Source: Basidiobolus meristosporus CBS 931.73 (lineage: Eukaryota; Fungi; Basidiobolomycota). Taken from it: a stretch of 64,000 nucleotides of DNA. The stretch covers positions 1 to 64,000 of the forward strand of contig MCFE01000036.1 in NCBI GenBank assembly GCA_002104905.1, written 5' to 3'. The number at the start of each line of letters is the position of its first letter. Positions within the stretch are counted from its first letter, which is position 1. The notes below the pieces were generated by a model. It was not told the DNA's origin, did no database searches, and saw nothing but the letters and a program-made list of their open reading frames with translations. Of this stretch, positions 46,632 to 60,243 are shown piece by piece. Position numbers and translations under genes: made by a program.

Positions 46632-48305
46632 TTAAACTTGACCACGTGCAACCTGAACCAAAAGAAATACATTCAATAATACAATAATTATAGCCACGAT
46701 CCAGGTGACTATTTTCATCGGGGTAGATATGGTGAAATCTACATTCAATTTGACAGGCGCCTCATTCTCGAGAGATACCTCATCGTCGCTGTCATTTTTG
46801 ATTTCTTCGCAACTCACTGACTCCATTCTTATATCGGTCTGCTGAGGTGGCAACTGCATGACCGTTTTACTGCTGGTGAACAACACCAACGGTATCACTG
46901 CGAACGGTAATTGCAGACTCAGGATTACCTGGGAGGCAATCAGTACTTCGTTCAGCCCTTTGGATCCAGCTACTATAGCTACAACCATTGCTGGAACGAT
47001 CGCAAATGCTCTAGTAATTAGTCTTCTCAACCATGGACGCATGGTAAGACCGAGAAAACCCTCCATGACAATCTGGCCGGCCATGGTGGCTGTAATGGTG
47101 GAGCTCTGGCCAGCTAATAACAATGCTAAGGCGAAACTGGTTCCAGCTATAGGCCCCAAATAATCGGACAGAAGCTTGTGTGCATCAAACAGATCAGCCA
47201 CTTCAACTTGGGTCGAGTTATTCTCGCGGTAATGAAAAGCAGCTGCAGCCACAATTAGAATTGCTGAGTTGACAAAGAGTGCAAATGTTAGGGCGAAGAC
47301 ACAATCGATCACGGAAAAGCTCAACGCGCTCTTGACCGACAAAACGAGGTCTTCTTGGGTTCTCTCGTTTTTCTTGTCGGAATTTGGTGATCTAAGCTTC
47401 ACGATATGGGAGTGCAGGTACAGGTTGTGCGGCATCACGGTCGCTCCAACAATTCCGATCGCGACATAAAGTACCTCGGAATTGGTGAATAGCGGAGCAG
47501 ATGGGAGATAGCCCGCCATTACCTGTCCAAAGTCTGGCTTGACATAAACCAGCTGGATAACAAAGCAGGCACCAACACCGCCGACCAACAAGATGATGAA
47601 GCATTCGAAGAAACGATTCGCCATCGCAGAATCATTACGGTTGGCGAGAAGGATGAGGAAGACATCCAGAGTGGTGATGAGGACACCGTAAGGCAATGGG
47701 ATCTTGAATAGGATCTCGAGCGCGATAGCCGATCCGATTACCTCGGCCAGATCACACGCCACAATGGCAATTTCACACAGCACGTACAGCGCGAGATTTA
47801 CCGGTCTCGAATAGCACTTCCGGCACATTTGTGCAAGATCTGGAGGGGAGCCGATTCAGAAAAAATGACCCTTTGGCCGAAAGCAAAGTGAGAATGATAT
47901 CTTACCGCACCCGGTGACTACGCCTAACCGAATGCACAGCGACTGTAACAGTACGGCCATAACATTGGACAGAAGAATGACGAATAACAGAGTGTAGCCG
48001 AATTGAGAACCACCTATAAGTTGGAGCAATTTAGGCCGAATACCTTTGAAGTTGAGGGTGTTTACATTGAATAAGAGCAACTTACCAGAGAGATCGGTAG
48101 CCCAATTACCGGGATCCATATATCCAACCGCCACCACTAATTGTCTAAAGTTAGTCGAAGGATAAAGAGGGGAGACAGAGGAGAGCTTCATACTATATCC
48201 GGGGCCTATAAACGAGAACAACTTCTTCAAGAAAATCTTGGCTTTTTGAAGATACCCGACGCACTTGGGCTGTTGTGAGCACGGTAATAAATCACTCTTA
48301 TTCAT
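46632..48305 (-). CDS. SMF1: NRAMP-family divalent metal (Mn/Fe) transporter, multi-exon
   Basis: Motifs '[15 protein letters not shown]', '[14 protein letters not shown]', '[13 protein letters not shown]' and '[21 protein letters not shown]'. Confidence 0.93.
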
Positions 48306-49450
48306 GACGATAGAACGGAAAGTAGGATAAGCGTGGCAGAGGGGATAATGGGTGTGCTGGGAGCTGTGATGACTAGATGAAATAAGGAATTATATACCAC
48401 GCAATGTCTCAGTTGAACTGAGATGATCGTCCCCAAAACGGCCGTCTGTTCGACCAATAATTCCAGGAAAAGGAGGGCCGAGCTATTAATTTAGATGAAT
48501 TCATCCGGTTTAAGTAGACGCCCTTAGTTACCCCATTCAACCTAAATTTAAGTTGTCTTCCACTGCACACCCATGAGATTGGCAGTCACTAAACACGAAC
48601 TAGGCAATCAAGACCGAAAGCCATGCTAAACCCAGAGATAGCCATGAGAGTAAATGTAACATGGATGTTGGATTTCAGTGGAGCAACAGCTAGTTATTGA
48701 CTCAGTTTGTTTCATCCCCTAGATTATCGGTTAATCTTGTTCAGCCCTAACCCTAACCCTTAAGGTGTTCGGAAGCAATAGGGATAATCCGGAAAGCCAA
48801 CCATTGTCATATGCCAATTACCATTTGACAAATGCAAATATTGAAAGAAAACAAGCTACTAGACGAGGGCCTACAATGCCAGGTCAATCAAAATGGTTTG
48901 CAGGAGGCTACATGGTTCGCTCTCTTGACATCAATATTTGGTATGCACCTAGCTGTGTATACTGCGCTTTGTGGTTTAGACAGGTTGTTGCGTGAATAAA
49001 TCAAACAGTGCACACAGCAGTGTATTTAGTACTCAGCATTGACTCTCCAAGAAATTCATTTATTGGCAATTTCTTTATTTCATCTACATTGGCGGTCTCT
49101 TATTGGCGATCGGCCTATAATGGGCTCTCATTCAGATATACGGGTACTCGGAGTATCTGCGTACACAATAGTCGTACTGATACTGGAATCGGTGGAGATA
49201 TTGTAGTCGAGTTTCTATATGTAGAGTGTGCAACATTATGCAGTTGTTCTGTAGCCAGTCATCTTGAAGTCAACCTTGGAATTCTTTGCCTAACCCTATA
49301 TACCAATACGTGCCTAGTATCGATCTCGTATATAAGTTGGATGGGCTATGGACAGGTTGGACTTCGACCTAAATATTTCCTTTAGAGACGCTAGTAACTT
49401 TCCTAAATAGAGAAGGCTGTCGACCTCGTATTTCTAGCTACTACCTTTAG

Positions 49451-50753
<1,303 letters not shown>

Positions 50754-51680
50754 ATCCAATCATATAGCATACAGATAGTTTTCTTTAATTCTTTCTTCAA
50801 TCACCAGCATTGAGCCGACAATTTTCCGGGGGTATTGTGTGTTGTGTGTTGTGTATGTACTATTTATAATATCTAGACCTTGCTTCAATCAAGCATTAGA
50901 TGGTTGATGCGTTTGGTTCACACCATCGAGTTAAGATGATTGCCTTTTTAATCCTACTTCTCTTATTTACTTTAATCCCACTTGTTCGAATCTTCGTTTA
51001 ATAAACCCAAGTGTTTGCAATGAATCTCCCATTCGCCCAACCAATCAAGCCTTGGGGCTTGATTTGTCATGGCCAGCGCAGTTAAATAAACTTCGATTAA
51101 TAATACGGCCCTGATTTGGTGCAGGTTGGGAGCCATGTGCATTGATTGGCCCAATATCCTGCTATTATCAGGTGAAGCTGCCATGGTCAATTGTCCATTC
51201 CCATGCTGCTCCCTCTCCACCTATATGTTTAGAAGATGCTTGGGTCTAGAAATGGACTGATATCGAGAACCAAATGCCATTGTTCCAGGAAAAGAAGTGC
51301 AATGACCCAAAACAGGGAATTCCAGTGGTTGGTCTTTCCAGGGCGGCTCATCGCAAATGGTTAACCAGATCCTATCATCGATTCCCATTTTTGGCGAATC
51401 GACCGCACGAAAAAGGCGAGTCGAGCTAGACCGGTCAGTAGGCCTAGAATGGACCTCTTCTAGTTGGGTGAATTTGGAAATATCCACCCATCCTAATGAT
51501 ATGGAGTAGAGCGGGATTGTATAGAGTTGGGCGAATCATCCATCGTTCCGCTGAGTGGATGCGGGACTGCTCGTTCCCAAATGTCGTATCCACCAGGTAT
51601 AAATAACACCAGATGGCTTACATACACGTACATCCCATTCATTCACATCCCTTTATTGATAGTTCATTAATCCACACCAG

Positions 51681-53249
51681 ATGAACTCAGGTCCTCTAGA
51701 TATACCCAAGCCGCAGGGAGGTGCCTCTCTTGTGGTTGCCTGGAGATGCCAAAAGCGCCAGATTCTGGTGGTCGGCAACAATGCAATTGCAGCAAGCCGG
51801 GTGTATTCCGCTTTGGATGCTGACGCCGAGGTTACCCTTATTTCCCCCAAAGTCGGAATGTGCCACGAGTTACTGGTGCGCATTGAGCGCTCCGAGATAG
51901 CCTGGTGCGATAGAGAATTCCAGGAATCCGACCTAGCAGGCAAAGAGATGGTTTTGGTCACGTTGGAAGATCGTGATCGTTGTGAGGAGATCGCTAGTTT
52001 GGCCAAAAAGAATCGAATCCCAATCAACGTGGCCGATATGAACGACCTTTGCGATTTCTGGTTCATGTCGACCTATCGCGATCAATCTCTGCAGTTAGCC
52101 GTCTCGACAAACGCTCAAGCACCAAAGCTTGCTAATCGTTTGAGAAGACACTTGGTGAGCTCATTGCCAGACGGTGTAGGGGACGCTGTTCAAAGGGTTG
52201 GCCTGTTACGTAAAAAGATTGCCAAGTCCGATCCCTCCATCTTATCGAGATCGAGACGTATGCGTTGGTTGGCGCAGCTTTGCGAATACTGGCCATTAGA
52301 GCGTCTGTCACAATTGTCCGAGCAAGAGATCGAAGAACTACTTGAAAGCTACAAAGCCGATGAGGGCTACAAGAGCGGAAGCAACGATGATGCTGACTGC
52401 TTAGAGGAGAGCGATGATGTGCTTCGCCACCACTCTATTCCAGCCAGCAAAGTTGTCAAAAAGGGCCGTATCAGACTGGTTGGCTCCGGACCAGGAAGTC
52501 CCGAACTTTTAACGCGTGCCGCATACGATGCTATTACCACGGCCGATGTGGTTCTAGCTGACAAAATCGTCTCGGAAGATATCATCCGGCTGATTCCCAG
52601 TGAGGTGAAGATCGCACGTAAATTCCCGGGAAATGCTGATAAGGCCCAGGAGGAGATGAACATGAACGCGGTGGAGCTTCTCAAACAGGGGAAGAACGTT
52701 GTCCGTCTTAAGTGCGGAGATCCTTTCCTTTTCGGACGCGGTGGCGAGGAGGTGCTGTTCTTCCGGAAATACGGATTCGAGGCCGAGGTTATACCTGGTA
52801 TCTCCAGTTGCATGGCTGCTCCGCTCTTTGGCGGGATTCCAGTGACCCATCGTGGGACTGCCAACCAATTCATGGTAGCTACCGGAACCGGGAAAAACTG
52901 CACTCTTCCTGACATCCCACCTTACTCGTCCAACCGAACCACCGTCTTCTTGATGGCTATCCACCGTTTACCAATGATTGTCCAAGATCTCATCAAGCAT
53001 GGGTATCCCGCAGACTGCCCTGTGGCGATCATTGAGAGAGCCAGTTGCCCGGATCAGAGAGTGCTTCGAGGCACCATCAGTACCATCTGCGAAATTATAG
53101 AGCGCGTAGGCACTACACCACCAGGTACTCTAGTGGTTGGCCAAGCCGTCAATGCCCTGGCCAAAAATCCTGATGAAATTATTACTCAGCAGAACCCTAC
53201 CTATCCCCTTCTTGGGCTTCACGAGCCAGAGTCGGTTGGATGCAACTAG
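51681..53249 (+). CDS. MET1: Siroheme synthase-type fusion (Met8-like N-terminus plus uroporphyrinogen-III C-methyltransferase)
   Basis: N-terminal 'LVVGNNAIAASR...INVAD...CDF'. C-terminal 'LVGSGPGSPELLT', 'VVRLKCGDPFLFGRGGEE' and 'VIPGISS'. Confidence 0.9.
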   Translation: MNSGPLDIPKPQGGASLVVAWRCQKRQILVVGNNAIAASRVYSALDADAEVTLISPKVGMCHELLVRIERSEIAWCDREFQESDLAGKEMVLVTLEDRDRCEEIASLAKKNRIPINVADMNDLCDFWFMSTYRDQSLQLAVSTNAQAPKLANRLRRHLVSSLPDGVGDAVQRVGLLRKKIAKSDPSILSRSRRMRWLAQLCEYWPLERLSQLSEQEIEELLESYKADEGYKSGSNDDADCLEESDDVLRHHSIPASKVVKKGRIRLVGSGPGSPELLTRAAYDAITTADVVLADKIVSEDIIRLIPSEVKIARKFPGNADKAQEEMNMNAVELLKQGKNVVRLKCGDPFLFGRGGEEVLFFRKYGFEAEVIPGISSCMAAPLFGGIPVTHRGTANQFMVATGTGKNCTLPDIPPYSSNRTTVFLMAIHRLPMIVQDLIKHGYPADCPVAIIERASCPDQRVLRGTISTICEIIERVGTTPPGTLVVGQAVNALAKNPDEIITQQNPTYPLLGLHEPESVGCN

Positions 53250-53471
53250 ACCTACCCAAACCAAATAGACCTCCATTGTACATATAGAGCTATGATTGTA
53301 AAGTAAAATAAATCCAAATTTAATCGTGGTTTATGCCAAGTAATTAATGCAACGAGGGTGTTTGTATGATGGCCCGATTCACGTGATCAGGTGGGTTCTC
53401 GTATATTCGATCATGACATACCAAGGCAGCTTGAAATAACACTCTACACTAATTTGACCAGCATAACGCTA

Positions 53472-54904
53472 ATGGCTCAAAGTGCGAACTCAAAAGGGAC
53501 CGATAAGGTCATCCTCAAGCTTCAAAAATCGGTGGAAGAGGGCAATTACTATGAAGCCCATCAGATGTATCGCACAGTGTGCAACCGGTATGTCCATTGT
53601 TCAGCTTGATCGCCTTACTGACGTACGATCTATCGGTCGAGACGAAGGCATTTTTGCCCCTTCAATCTGGCACTAAAATTTTGCAGTTATGTAAAGCAGT
53701 CGAAATTTGACAAGGCCATCGAACTTCTCACCTCTGGCGCCTCCACACTGCTCAAGCATGGCCAGAGTGGTAGTGGCACCGACCTTATCCTGTACCTACT
53801 GGAGGTGTACAAGTTGAACCAGGTCCAAGTGTCTGACGAAACTAAAGGTAGCCTAGTGACGTCCTGACCGATTTAGTCCTCGTTCGCCACTGACTTCTTG
53901 GAAATACTCTAGCACGTCTCATCGAGCTACTACAGCAGGTTCCCTCATCTGAGCCCGGTAGAAAATCCTTATACTCGGCCGCCATAAAGTAACCACTCTC
54001 GCACAATTCCTTTGCTGCTGTTCCACCGCCGCCTCAACTAACTTCGAATGCATTTCAGCTGGTCAGCTAAATTCGGAGACAACCCTAACGGTTCACCAGG
54101 CCTTTATCATGCCATTGGTGCCATATTAGCTAAAGGTGAGATATGGTGGGATTTTTCGAACGAGTGAGGCAGTATTGATGATGATCCATTTCTATCAGAG
54201 GGAAGTTTACAGCAAGCAGAAAGTTATCTACTCCACGGCACCGAAGAGAGCGCCAAGCTTCTGGCCGAAATCCTCGTTCAATGGAATGAGCAGGAAGAAT
54301 TCAAGAGCAGCGGTAGCTCTGTGGTCAGGGGAGTGGTTCAGTAAGTACATCACCAAGTTGGAAGCTGTTCGCCTAAAATCCCACTCCCCACTTACGAAGT
54401 TTGTTCCTAGGTACTTGTATTTGCAAAATTTCCGCGACGCCAAGATTTACCTCGAGGAGTTTACCCGAAAGCTCTTGGAGAAGCGTCCGGATCTCAAAGG
54501 AGAAACGGTTCCTTTCCTCCCCCGGCCGGACAGCCAACCTATCGATGTTCTCACTTACAAACTTCCGTTGATCAACTTCGCCCAGTTCCTACTCCTGGCC
54601 GCACAACGGGAGTCCACCGAGGTTTTCTTCGCTTTGAGAAACCAGTACGGAGGTGAACTAAGCAGGGTCGATAAGGGCTATGACCAGGTAAGCGTTCACT
54701 GCAAACTGACCCCCCCCCCTATTGATGCCGAATCACTTATCACCCTCTCGGCAGATCTTGGAGAAACTGGGAGAGATGTATTTCGGAATCCAGCAGAGAA
54801 GACCAAACAACATCCTCCAGGACCTTATGAGTAGCCTGTTCGCCGCACCCACCAACACCCCCACTATCGGCCATTCCTCTGGACCGCAGGCCGATTTGGA
54901 CTGA
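53472..54904 (+). CDS. GET4: Golgi-to-ER traffic protein 4 (GET pathway), multi-exon
   Basis: N-terminal 'EEGNYYEAHQMYRTV' and C-terminal 'GEMYFGIQ...NILQDLMSSLF'. Several GT-AG introns. Confidence 0.88.
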
Positions 54905-55343
54905 TCGGAGGAGGTCGGCATCACTTTTAATACAATCCTCCACCCGAATAAAGTCGATCCAGTCCGATCCAATATACCAAGTGTCCTTTATATTGAAAAG
55001 ATGTTGAGTAGGTGATGGGAGGGTGGGGTGGTAGATGTTGACCAAAAATCCAAAAAATCACTAAATGGAGGTGTGCCACCAGCAATAAGCAACTGTTGCC
55101 CAATCCAAGATTCTAGGTGGGATGTTGATGGATAGTCCTGCTGATATCAAGAGTCATTTATCAATGAATGGGGAGTGGCAGAGGGGACTCCGAGCAGGCC
55201 AGGAGAGGGGAGGAGTGTCGGAGGGGGTAGTAATGTATGGTTAAAGAGTGGATTATACATGATTTGTGCGAATGACTGGGTTGCCACAAACTACCTTAGA
55301 ATGGGATTTTGTTCGTTCATACAATACAAGAACTTGCCTATTT

Positions 55344-57002
55344 TTACATGACTGGCTGAGTATTTTCCGTCGGATTGTTTCCCCCGTCTTCTCTTGAAGA
55401 CTTGGCGCTCGGTTGACTTTCGACCCCAACTCCTCTACATATCGGGCATTTGTTGGCCCCCTCGGTTAACCATTTGTCGATGCACACCTGATGGTATGCG
55501 TGACGACAGTTTAGCACTCTGATCTTGTCCTGGTCCTCGTATTCGCACAAGCACACTTGACAGCTATCCGGGTTCAGGATTTGGTATCCAGGGACTCCAG
55601 GTAGGGAGGAGTCAAAGGTCACCAACGGGAGGTTGGCTTCGATCTCGGTCTGACTGGTGGTTGGTGGACGGGCGGGGCCAATAAACGAGGAAAGTAGAAG
55701 GAGGTCCTCGTACGTGGGGTTGTCGGACAGAGCAGTGGTCAATAGAGGATGATTGGACGGATAGGTTCCTCCAATAACGTATATGATGTAACTTCGGGAT
55801 TGAGCAGGACTCCTTGTACTCGGTTCCTCCCCGTCTTCTTCAGACTCCGCGTTAGGTTGGCTCGAGCCATATTCTGAGTGGCGGGGCGATGTCTCCGCAT
55901 CCTCTTCTGCTGGGTTTGCCATCGGAAAGTTCGAGCCGAAGAGATTCCGAACCGTTTCGGAAGGGGTGTCGCTGGCGCCGACTCCCGCTCCCGCTCGACG
56001 TAGATTCACCGCATTGACACTCCGGATCCCCACGATGATGACTGGGACCATCTGGGGATTCCCGCCTGGTTCGGTGTTTGTCTGTGATTCGGTATGATCG
56101 CTAGGGTTTGAGGACCGACTTTCTCCATCCATTTGCGGTTGCCCGTTGCTCCCCAGACGGAACATGCGGAAGAAAGACGGCGAGTTCAGTAAATCGGAGG
56201 CTTCGTTGCGTTCATTGGAGACGCTCGCGGGTCGGTTCCGCATGTTGGAGCGAAATCCTGAGATAAACGAGTCCAAGAAGGGCGAGGATCCGCTTTGACT
56301 CTCATTGGTCGAAGGCTCTGCACTGGTAGGGGGCTCAGATGGCTCACTATTGTTGCTTAATAGGTGCGAAGCAGCGGCAGAGGCCACTGTAGCCAGGATC
56401 CTACCCAGCATGGAGTCTGATTGGGGATTCTCATCGGCCTCGGGGGGTCTGGATGAGTTCTCTGCTGAATTTGCGATTCGTCGTAGTGTGTATTGCACCA
56501 GTCTGGCCATGGAATCCTGGCTTGAGCCATGATCGGCTGAATCTGCTGAAGGACCCCACCGACTACGTGACTCCGGATATCGCTGACTAGACGGAGACGA
56601 GCCGAAAAGACTAGAGTCTTCATCCATCGCGTCATCCTCCAGCTCCCCAAAAAGGTTGTTCTGGGAGTTGTTTGACGAATAGTATCTGCTTGGGTTTCTA
56701 AGCTGATTTATCGAGGTATGGACTCGTCGTAGGCGGTTGAGAGAGCGTTCGGAAGCTGGGTCCTGCGAACCGAAAGGATACATGCCAAACATTTGCCGGC
56801 GTCTTCGAGCTGGGGTCATTCTCAATACCCTTGGTGAATCGGGTTGGGACATCGGTGAACCGACAGTGAAGCCCTCCCCGCGGGAGCTGCGGGAGGAGCG
56901 ACTTGACGAGGTGGTTTCTGGTGGTACTGTATCATCGCTGTTGTTTGCTTCGGCTCTGGGGTCAGAGGACTGGCTATTCTGAGAGGATAAACTTTGGCCC
57001 AT
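55344..57002 (-). CDS. RING-H2 E3 ubiquitin ligase (552 aa) with long disordered N-terminus and MGxxxS myristoylation consensus
   Basis: 'CQVCLCEYEDQDKIRVLNCRHAYHQVCIDKWLTEGANKCPICR'. Fungal pre-RING block 'YIIYVIGGTYP..HP...PTYEDLLLLSS..GPARP'. Confidence 0.88.
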   Translation of the reverse strand: MGQSLSSQNSQSSDPRAEANNSDDTVPPETTSSSRSSRSSRGEGFTVGSPMSQPDSPRVLRMTPARRRRQMFGMYPFGSQDPASERSLNRLRRVHTSINQLRNPSRYYSSNNSQNNLFGELEDDAMDEDSSLFGSSPSSQRYPESRSRWGPSADSADHGSSQDSMARLVQYTLRRIANSAENSSRPPEADENPQSDSMLGRILATVASAAASHLLSNNSEPSEPPTSAEPSTNESQSGSSPFLDSFISGFRSNMRNRPASVSNERNEASDLLNSPSFFRMFRLGSNGQPQMDGESRSSNPSDHTESQTNTEPGGNPQMVPVIIVGIRSVNAVNLRRAGAGVGASDTPSETVRNLFGSNFPMANPAEEDAETSPRHSEYGSSQPNAESEEDGEEPSTRSPAQSRSYIIYVIGGTYPSNHPLLTTALSDNPTYEDLLLLSSFIGPARPPTTSQTEIEANLPLVTFDSSLPGVPGYQILNPDSCQVCLCEYEDQDKIRVLNCRHAYHQVCIDKWLTEGANKCPICRGVGVESQPSAKSSREDGGNNPTENTQPVM

Positions 57003-58057
57003 ATGACAGTGTCTTCAATTCACAACAAAAGTGTGCGCTGCTTGACGTTTTGGCTGATACTGTAGTATTAGTAGCAGTAGTGGAAGTGAGAATATCGGTT
57101 AGCCTTGGCTACTAGGGTGAGGCGCTCAAACGATTAACCTTAGTTCTAAAGGAAAACGAGTTGGAATCTACGTGTAAACTGGGCTTTGGCTGGGGTATGG
57201 TATCAAAATTGAGGAGAATAAAGAAGCAGGTGAGAGTTATGGGGAGCGGTAAGCAACGTTCAACGGAAAGTAAACTTTGGTCTATTTGAAACGGGAGGAG
57301 GGGGGGTCGAATATCCAATTACTGTAACGTTAAAGGGCTGGGTTAGAGCTTGTTAGTAATTGAGGGTAGAATACTTTTAGGGGCGCTTGAGCTGTAATTT
57401 GAATTGAAAGTAGAAGGAAATTCAAGAATTCAACCAGCAGCCAGTTGACATAAAAACAAAAAGGAACACAAGTTTAAGAAGTCTTAGAGGGGAAAGACCT
57501 TTTCGTCTACAAAACCACCGCAGAGTTAGCTTTTAGGCCATTTGCAGGCTTTAATTGGCCGATTTCACCTTAGCTTGACTTTCTAAAGAGCTGATGGACC
57601 ATTTTGTACTGACCCTAGATTTAAATTATTAGCGGAGAAGCAATATTAATATAAGGAATGATCAGGAGGACAACCACAAAAGCCGAGACAAAAATCATGG
57701 CGATGACGATACAGTGAAGGTGTCGAAATGATCCAGAATTATGGCTTGAAGGGAGATCTCCCTTGCCATAGGCACTGGGGCTTCTACAGCAACATAGTGG
57801 TGCTGAAAGGTGTGGTTATTGCTCTGACGTACGTCTCTCACGTTGTGTTTCATTCATCTTCGAGAAGTTGCAATCTATAAACCTATCTGTGTTGGTTTCA
57901 CTTATTGCGGTTTTTATTCTGGACTATATCAGCTCGATAAATATTGCGTAACAGTTTGTTCTAGAATATCCTCAGATATCTGGATCGCTCGTGACTTGGA
58001 TTTGGCAAGTCCGCTCGTGGCTAATTTTCCTGTCAATTACCTCCGGCAGAAATTGGT

Positions 58058-59129
58058 CTATTGCTTAGAATAGTGAAACCACCAGAAGACCAGCAAGCCT
58101 GATAGCTCAGGCGAGAGTGACTTGGCTAGCTCCATAGCTCCACGTAGTTTCATGTCGAGCAATTCCACCCAGTAATCCACTTCGGTTTTTTCTTTGACTT
58201 GGTTTAGGTATTGATAACACATGTCTTTGGAGCTTGGTCTCCAAATGCTTTGAAGTTGAACCTTCCAGGGGTGGAGTGCATTTTCAGGGGTGTAAATCTC
58301 GTGGTCGGGGTGGAGGTGTTGCCATCTTGTCCACAAACGGTCAGTGTTTGCCTGAACTAGGAGGTAAAGCGGGCTAGTAGAGGGGTTAATCTTCCGAAAT
58401 GACACGAATACGTGAAGAACTCTGGTAATTACTCGTTGGCCATCAATTGGACGTTCCGGATATCGCCGCCCAGTGGAAAGGTCACCATACCAGTGACCCC
58501 TTTTAGTAAAGAGTTGATCTTGGTGAAACTCTCACTGTGGATTATGATGTTCTTCAGCGCGATCTCGTTCATGAATGCTGATATGGCTTCATTCTTGAAG
58601 TACCCGCGCTTCACACACCTTCTCTCGGGGAGTTTCATTTGGAAGTTCTTTAAAGGTCCGTCATTGATACAAGATTTCAAGCGCCCTTGACCGCCGCCAT
58701 AACCCATAAGGGCAAGCGCAGGGCTTAGGTGAGGTGCAGCCCAATCAGCCGTGTAATCCTAGAAAGTACGTAAGTACACGCGGCCACCCCGCAATAGACC
58801 CATCCACTTACCCAATAAGGCAGGTTCACACTAGGATAGTGCTTCTGCATCGTCTGCTCGATCCGCTTCAAAAAGTAGCGATGAAAGGGAAGGTACAGGT
58901 TACCGCCGTGAATGCTCTGGTACACATCCATGTATTCTCTAACTAGTGCATCGTATTCTCCAGTCAGCTTGATTTTTTTGATGGCTTGGAAGAACTCTTG
59001 TTGTTCCCAAAGGCTCAAGTTGAGTATATTCTTGCGTGTACGTGGGACCGGACACCGTTCATATGTCCACCCCCCCTTAGCTATGGAGGATTCAGCCAAC
59101 AATAATAACGCTAATCCCAGTAGTTTCAT
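58058..59129 (-). CDS. Secreted tyrosinase-like (di-copper fold) protein, 3 exons (59129-58812, 58758-58433, 58373-58058; 319 aa), most Cu-binding His residues lost
   Basis: Signal peptide. Tyrosinase landmarks 'RKNI..LS..EQQEFFQAI', 'HGG..YLPFHR.F', 'LPYWDY', 'C..DGP' and 'NDP....ANTDRLW'. The introns restore one open frame. Confidence 0.85.
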
Positions 59130-59308
59130 GGTTTTCTGATCTGCGTGAAATTCCGGCCAAGGCCTTGTATTTGTATTCTGGTTCATACAAAATACAAGCT
59201 GTCTGATACGTACTGTCTGAAATGTGACACATCTCAAATCTCCTACTATGCTTCCGTAAACACCGTTTATTTCGCATGGAGTCTTAAGACATGTGTACAT
59301 ATGGAGAT

Positions 59309-60106
59309 TCAAACCCCGAAAGCCAGGTGGTTCTTAACGTAGCATGATATCTTCTGCATTGTCGAGACGACGTCGTCCACCCCCACTTCCCCTATATCCA
59401 GCCCGCTCAACTTTTCAGACAGGAGAGCCTTGATACGCTGAAGATAAAACTGGGTCTCCTTCAGGGTTTTGTGAGTTGCTTCGATTAGGGCAACCTCTTG
59501 CTGGATCTCGGTCTTCAAGGTTTCTATCTCCTTTTTAAAGGAAGCCCGTTTGTCACATATCGTGGCACGATACTCATTAGCGTCCTTGAAACGGGCAAGC
59601 AAAGCTGGCGAGCTTCCATGCGGGATAGATGGTTTGTCCGCACCTGCAGGCACTCTGGGCGATTCCCCGGCATCCACCGGCTCGCCCTGGCCTGCCCCAG
59701 AAGGTGCTGATTCTTGTTGCTTGGTATCGCCAGTACTGTAGGATGGCTTTTCTTGCCATGTCCTCTTCCTGTTGGAATTTCTAGCGTACGCATGAACAAC
59801 CTCGGATAACATGTTACCTTTCCTAGCTCGATTTCCGCTGTTCGCAGGTCCATGCTTACTGGTGGACTTTGCCGCAAGCATGGGCCTGCGAAGGAAGTCT
59901 TCTTGGGTCATGGTTTTGTAAATTCTTGGAGGTGGTTTGCAGGGGTTAGCACCTGCTTTAGGGAGATTTACCTGAGTGGGTTTATGCATGGCGGGCTTGT
60001 GTATAAGGCAGTGGTCGTATGGATACTCGTGCGGAATCCGGTCAACCTCAAATACGACAAAGCTCTCGTCTTCGAGTGATGAAGGAGTAGATGCATCAGC
60101 AATCAT
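59309..60106 (-). CDS. Hypothetical protein with C-terminal coiled-coil
   Basis: 265-aa ORF with heptad-like 'FKKEIETLKTEIQQEVALIEATHKTLKETQFYLQRIKALL'. The 3' exon structure is uncertain. Confidence 0.55.
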   Translation of the reverse strand: MIADASTPSSLEDESFVVFEVDRIPHEYPYDHCLIHKPAMHKPTQVNLPKAGANPCKPPPRIYKTMTQEDFLRRPMLAAKSTSKHGPANSGNRARKGNMLSEVVHAYARNSNRKRTWQEKPSYSTGDTKQQESAPSGAGQGEPVDAGESPRVPAGADKPSIPHGSSPALLARFKDANEYRATICDKRASFKKEIETLKTEIQQEVALIEATHKTLKETQFYLQRIKALLSEKLSGLDIGEVGVDDVVSTMQKISCYVKNHLAFGV

Positions 60107-60243
60107 GAAAGATATCAGGAATCATTGAGTCATGAGCACGGCAGTGGCGGGTGCTTGATGGCTTCAAATAAGATTTATCAGATCAAACTTTTGATGAGTG
60201 AATGGACAGTTGGGCATGATTAATGATGAATACAAATGCTCGG

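Noticed and set aside
46632-48305. Functional link between the NRAMP transporter and the His-rich secreted array
   Set aside because: Adjacency only. SMF1 belongs to the housekeeping block that follows.
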